Below are positions 1-64,000 of a DNA stretch of 64,000 nucleotides, one piece after another (the first letter of the stretch is position 1; the number at the start of each line of letters is the position of its first letter). The translations under genes and the position numbers were made by a program. Origin of the DNA: Octopus bimaculoides. Lineage: Eukaryota. The notes under the pieces were generated by a model. It saw nothing but the letters and a program-made list of their open reading frames with translations, was not told the origin of the DNA and ran no database searches. Location of the stretch: NCBI RefSeq assembly GCF_001194135.2, contig NC_068986.1, positions 3,317,539 to 3,381,538 of the forward strand. The letters run 5' to 3'.

Positions 1-485
1 GTATTTTAAAACCAAAAGTTTTTTTTTTTTAAAAAAAAACGAAAAACAGTGGAAAGTTTGGGAATTAATGGGGTAGGAGTGGGGAGTAATATTTGATTTT
101 TTCTTTTTTTTTATATATAATCGTATTAATTCTATTATGCAGAAGACAGAATCGAAAAAAAATTTTGAAAATTCTTAAAAATAAAGAAGTTTTGATGGGT
201 TTTAGTGCGTGTTTCGATCAAAACTCTGCCGACCTTTTTTTTTTATATTGTAATTCGCATTTGTGAATGATATATTTAAATCTAATCCTCGGTATAAACT
301 TCAAAGGAAGTTTTTTCAGAAAATGTATCGTTTAGCTATTGTTTCTAGCATGTCGGAGGTAACATTTGCTCCCCAACTCTTTTTTTACCAAAATTTCTTC
401 GGATTCCTGTTTTTGATATAGATTTGGATTTTGCCCCAAAATCAAGTTTTCAAAATTTTAATTTCCCCACTCCCCACCCCAATAT

Positions 486-718
486 TTTTAATTTTCATCT
501 TAAAGAAACACTCAGATCCCCTTCCCCAACCTCCACATATCACCTCCCCACTTTCAAAAAGCTAAAAACTCCGAATGTTTCACTTTAAGCATTGAATTCT
601 ACGCACTCGTGAAACATCAGACGAAATTGAAACATTCAGAGTTTTTAGCTTTTTAAAAGTAGTAGGAGGCGATGGGTAGGGGAAGGGCCATTGAGCGTTT
701 CTTTAAGAAAAATTAAAA
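486..718. repeat. Inverted repeat / MITE-like foldback
   Basis: Arms about 486-582 and 628-718 are diverged reverse complements (aaaaagctaaaaactccgaatgtttca / tgaaacattcagagtttttagcttttt). Confidence 0.65.
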
Positions 719-1115
719 AAGGAAAATTCCCAGATTCAATTGTTGAATAACTCTTGTGTCAGGATTTCTCTTCCCCCTTTCCCCTACAAATCTTTGAGAT
801 CCTACATTAAAGAGTCCAGTGGCACATCTCTTCTCTACCTTGAACTAAGCTAAAGTATTTTTGGTTTTTTTTAAGAAAGACATTATGTTAATGGGGCTAT
901 TGAAATTATTTCAAAACTACCAACTGAAAAAAAACAATCCATTTTCAACAACTATTAATAAATGACAACTCTGAAACTAAAAACTCAGAGATTTTTTATT
1001 GACATTAAAAAAAGGTGAAATAATGATAATGGTTTAAGAAATTCTGACAAAAGATTTCAACAAGAAAGTATATTGGTAATATTGAATATAAAATAGCTAT
1101 TCTCTAAATCTTTAA

Positions 1116-1307
1116 CCCTTTATCATTCAAATTACTCAGTCAAATGTAATGTTTATTCATTTACATTGGATTTAATCAATTGACTCTTAGCTTCATAATT
1201 TCAATGATGTGATTGCAGGGTAGGTGTAAGAGGCTGGATCTGGTTAATTTGAACATAAAACAGGTAGAAGATTTGGATCTGATGTAGCCAATCTACATAC
1301 AAGAGGG
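1116..1307. mobile_element. piggyBac-type MITE
   Basis: TTAA-CCCT...AGGG-TTAA termini; body is the reverse complement of the copies at 39368, 40945 and 42425. Confidence 0.7.
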
Positions 1308-1690
1308 TTAAACCTTCATAAAAACAAAATGGTTGCATTTAATATCCTCAAATATTCAAAATTTATATTAAAATATAAAATCTTTAGAGTTATGATTTAT
1401 CAGGTTGGAATATGTTTCCTGTATTTAGACTTTATTTTGATGAGTTTTTTATATATACAAATCAAATACACCCGATTTTATTTCTGTAAAACATTATATA
1501 TATATAACATAATGCATTATAAAATTATATATTATACAATGTGCAAACATTATCCGATATAAAACTCATTATGTTGGGGAGAGTAAACAGCAGATACATG
1601 TTAATTATATCAAGAAATTTACATATATGATTGGGAAAAGGGAAAAAAGATTTTTGATCACATATCTAAAACAAAAACTGTACATAGATC

Positions 1691-1696
1691 TTTATT
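1691..1696 (-). terminator. Candidate DUOX polyadenylation signal
   Basis: AATAAA on the minus strand about 100 nt after the stop codon; motif only. Confidence 0.35.
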
Positions 1697-1793
1697 TTCA
1701 CTTCTATCACCAAAAGAGTCATTGATTAGTTAAGTCCAGTTATAATCCCACAATGTGGAATGAAGATGTCTAAAATTTAGAATATGAGCAGTC

Positions 1794-59924
<58,131 letters not shown>

Positions 59925-60569
59925 GCTGGTTAGAGAGAATACAACCAGCTAAAGCAGCAGACGTTTTTCCTCCAGGCTTTCCTTGTCTGTATGGGTATTT
60001 GTGTTTGTTTTTCCTCTTATTTGTTTTCGTCGTAGATAATTTTGAACTTTTCGTTGTCAACCGGAAGCTTTAGAAGGGTGGAACAAAAAGAATATAGAAA
60101 TTATTAAAGTTTTTTTATCCAGCTGTTTCTCTCACGTTAGTTCATGTTTTAAAATGATTCGTCAAATCGAAACTTTTAAACTCACGTGTAACTTCCCTCA
60201 AATAATGTCATTATTTTTTTTAATATCGCAACCAAGAGTAGTAGAGTATTTTCGACAGTTGCAGCAATTCGTAACAATTATATTACTAGTAGTATTGCTA
60301 ATACAGCTATTACGACTAAAAAGGAAATGATTAGCATAACAAGTCAGTAAAAGTGGAGAATTTATTCAATCAAATTTGTTCACCGCAAAGTTCCGTTTAC
60401 GCAAATTTTTTACCCCACCCCTGTCAAAACGAATAGGTACAGGAAATCTAGGGAATTACCCACACCTACCTTCCATTAAGGAAAAACAATACCGCATAAT
60501 AATGTACTAATAACCTTCATGGTTTTATATTTATATCAATATATTTTTATATAAAATGAAGGCTGTGAC

Positions 60570-62080
60570 CTCGCAGGAACATTAGCACGCCCGGCCAAAA
60601 TGCTTGGCGACTTTTCATCCGTCTTTGCGTTCTGACTATAAATTCCACCAGGGTCGACTTTGCCTATCATTTTCTCGGGGTCGAAAATATATGTACCAGT
60701 TATGGATTGGAGGAGGTTGATGTAATTGACTAACCTCCCTCCCAAAAAATTATTGAATTTTTGCGAAAATTCGAAACAAGTATTAATAATATGGTCGCTG
60801 AATGTAGCCGGCTGGCAGAACCCTTAGTGCACCGGACCAAATGCATAGCAGCATTTCTTCCGGCTCTTTACGCTTTGAGTTTAAACCCTACCGAGGTCAA
60901 CTGTGCCTTTCATCATTTCGGAGTTGCTAAAATAAGTACCTGTTGGGCATTTAGATCGATGTAATCGATTTACTCCCTCTCTTACGTTCTGAGTTCAAAT
61001 TCCGCCGAGGTCGACTTTACCTTTCATCCTTTCGGGGTCGATAAATTAGGTACCAGTTTCGTACTAGGTCGATCTAATCGACTGCCCCACTCCCCAAAAA
61101 TTTCGGGCCTTGTGCCTAGAGTAGAAAATAATATTAGTGACTTTGTACCTGACTTAGAAAGAATAAGGTGGTTGATAAATTGACATAGTCTTTAGACTGT
61201 CAAATAGATAACCTTCCGGTAATGGTTTCGGTTGCCTGCTCTCTGAGTTCAAATATCACCGAATTGAATTGTCTTTCATCCGGTCGGGGTCAATAATTAA
61301 AGATCCAACAAAATATTAGTGGCGATTCTCCATTATCTCCTTTTGGGTCAGACCTGGAAAGAAATGGACTCTACCATTCCTTAAAGTATCCAAGATGCGC
61401 CTTATGTAACTACAGCGCCCCTACGACTCCGCCAGGAATTGAGGACTCAAGGGAAATGGGTTGAAAATGGACACGAGGTCATTAGTCTTGAGGGGAGAAG
61501 TTTAAACGACCCCGAAAGAATGAAAAAAAAAGTTGACCTCCGTGGGATTTGAACTCAGAACGTTAAAAAAAAAAAGCTATTTGTTTCGCCTTCACCGATA
61601 AATAAGTTTTTTTTCTTTCTAATTTTAGTTGAAGGCCTGTAATTTTGAGAGGAGGGGGAAGTCGATTACAGTGATCCCTGCGCTCAACTGTTTATTTTAT
61701 CGAACCCGAAATGATGAAAGGCAAAGTCGATCTCGGCGGCATTTGCAATCAGAACGCAAAGAACCGGAAGAAATACTGCTAAGTATTTTGTTCGGCGCTG
61801 TTAATGATTCTGCCAGTTCAACACCTTAGCGACCAGACAAATGGAAAAAACAATCCTTTCTACTATAGGCACAAGGTTTGAAATTTTGGTAGAGGCGCGA
61901 CTAGTCGACTACATCGTTACCTGTGCTCAACTAGTACTTATTTTATCGACCCCGAAAGGATGAAAGTGAAAAGGCAAGGTCGACCTCAGCGGAATTTGAA
62001 CTCAGAACGTAAAAAGCCGGAAAAAATGCCGTTAAGTATTTTGTTCGGTGTGGTAACGATTCTGTCAGCTCAGTGCCTTA
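60570..62080. mobile_element. Cluster of about seven SINE family B copies upstream of DUOX
   Basis: Plus-strand copies near 60570, 60790, 60981 and 61240; minus-strand copies near 61505, 61630 and 61850. Confidence 0.75.
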
Positions 62081-62619
62081 GTAATCAGACAAATGACAAA
62101 ATATTATAAGATAATATTTGAAGGTATATAAAGCGCACTTATTTTACAAAAAATAAAATATGTCCCCAGATAAGCCAACTGCGTCTACAAAGCTCAAATG
62201 AGATTCACAATGAAGTACTGTTCCCACAGCTGGGATAATGTTGCTCCCGCACAAACAGAAATTCTATATTGTGTCTAGAAAATGATGACTTAGCTGATTG
62301 GCATAAAACCATTCAAAGACATGCTTCATTTTCTGGCACACGGATGTGCTGCGTCTTCTTTCTGCCTTCTGTTGCAACTGGAATGACCTCTGCTCATCAG
62401 AGCTGACTGGTCTCACGCCACTCCCATCCAAGCATTCCTGATTCACTCGTTTTCCCTTTCATCACTTATGTTAAGCGCTATCACCCATGCTTTTCTAGCA
62501 AATACTGGCTTACAACGGTTTCAAAATAGCTTTAGCAGCATCAATCTCACCGATGTCGGGAGCCTGCGGCGGTTATGGGTACTATCCCTTCCCTGGACCC
62601 AGTAGTTAAAAGTTATATA

Positions 62620-63018
62620 TAAGTGCAGGAGTGGCTGTGTGATAAAACGTTTGCTTTCCAGCTACATGACTCCTGGTTCAGTCCCAGAGCGCGGAACCAT
62701 GTGCAAGTGTCGTCTGGTATAGCCCGGGCCGACCGTCGTGTATATATATATATATATATATATATNNNNNNNNNNNNNNNNNNNNNNNNNNNNNNNNNNN
62801 NNNNNNNNNNNNNNNNNNNNNNNNNNNNNNNNNNNNNNNNNNNNNNNNNNNNNNNNNNNNNNNNNNNNNNNNGTAACTTAGCGGTTCCGCGAAAGAGACC
62901 GATAAAATAAATTCAAGACTTAAAAATATAAGCACTGGGCTTGATTTGTTCTAAACCCAACAAGGCGGTGCCCCAGCATGGCCACAGTCTAATGACTGAA
63001 ACAAGTAAAGGGTAAAAG

Positions 63019-63020
<2 letters not shown>
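62620..63020 (+). mobile_element. SINE family A interrupted by an assembly gap
   Basis: Head gtgcaggagtggctgtgtgataaaacgtttgcttt, tail tgactgaaacaagtaaagggtaaaagat. Confidence 0.75.
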
Positions 63021-63059
<39 letters not shown>

Positions 63060-63612
63060 GATAAGGAAGTTTTATTTCTGTCTGATGATTATGAGGCGAA
63101 AGAAGTACCGTAGTGAACGTGACTGGGAGAATTAACGATGAAGTTCTTCCTCGCTGATCAAGCTTTCATCAATCTTTCAAGTTCCATCTGAACAGAAGAA
63201 AGGTGGCGGCAGAGTGATAAGTGATGACGTTGAGCTACGCGTAACCGAACGGGCTCACTCTAACCATAGATAAGAGGCTGTAAGCTAGAGACCACAACTG
63301 ATAAAGATTACTTGCCATTGGTTGTCAGAGTAATCCAGGATTATTACACTTTGAGTATACACCCTTTTACTTTGGGCTGGAAAAAAAATTAAGTTTGTTG
63401 TTGGACATTTTCGTTTTATTTAGTAAATAATTTACTTGTTTAACAACATTTCTTCGTCTGACGAACACACCCCGAAGAATTACAGATAGGTTTTTGGCAA
63501 CTTTGTAAACACGAACATGAGTTTAAAAACGAGCAAGTTTGACGAAAAAGTAAAAACACATAACACTTGAACAATGGAAAACTCGGATATTTGTACTGTA
63601 CATAAAATATGA

Positions 63613-63991
63613 GTGGAGACGCAATGGCTCAGTGGTTAGGGCAGCGTACTCGCGGTTTCGATTCCCAGACCGGGCGTTGTGAGTGTTTATTGAGCGAAAA
63701 CACCTAAAGCTCCACGAGGCTCTGGCAGGGGATGGTGGCGAACCCTGCTGTACTCTTTCACCACAACTTTCTCTCACTCTTACTTCCTGTTTCTGTTGTG
63801 CCTGTAATTCAAAAGGTCAGCCTTGTCACACTGTGTCACGCTAAATATCCCCGAGAACTACGTTAAGGGCACACGTGTCTGTGGAGTGCTCAGCCACTTG
63901 CACGTTAATTTCACGAGCAGGCTGTTCCGTTGATCGGATCAACTGGATCCCTCGACGTCGTAAGCGACGGAGTGCCAACAACAACAAGAAC
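63613..63991 (+). mobile_element. tRNA-derived SINE (family D) with (AAC)n tail
   Basis: tggctcagtggttagggca A box and ggtttcgattcc B box; aaaatatga repeated at 63604-63612 and 63992-64000 (TSD, clipped by the window end). Confidence 0.75.
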
Positions 63992-64000
63992 AAAATATGA

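Noticed and set aside
62160-62600. Higher-GC segment upstream of DUOX that looks coding
   Set aside because: All frames I checked contain stops and show no recognisable motif; probably a decayed TE, not callable by eye.
60100-64000. Head-to-head DUOXA maturation-factor gene, as in vertebrates
   Set aside because: No DUOXA-like exon is recognisable in the 4 kb upstream; it could lie outside the window.

Overview
AT-rich, repeat-dense animal genomic DNA; the SINE/LINE content resembles a coleoid cephalopod such as Octopus (inference). Almost the whole window is one minus-strand gene, a complete dual oxidase (DUOX). I assembled it by hand into 32 GT-AG coding exons (ATG at 59924, TAA ending at 1794) with consistent splice phases: 4509 nt, 1502 aa. 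It has a signal peptide, peroxidase-homology domain, TM0, cytosolic linker, EF-hands, 6-TM ferric-reductase domain and FAD/NADPH domains. Unusual protein features are a Tyr replacing the conserved outer-heme O2-pocket His (NOX2 H119 equivalent), loss of the peroxidase catalytic/heme residues, and a degenerate first EF-hand. The introns hold young 5'-truncated RTE-like LINE copies (one with a C4HC3 PHD-type finger), several tRNA-derived SINE families, a sense-oriented solo LTR, mariner, hAT and RLE-retrotransposon relics, piggyBac- and hAT-type MITEs, and a complex foldback/palindrome array in intron 1. No second protein-coding gene, rRNA or CRISPR array is supported. All alignments were done by eye, so repeat boundaries are approximate unless a TSD is given.
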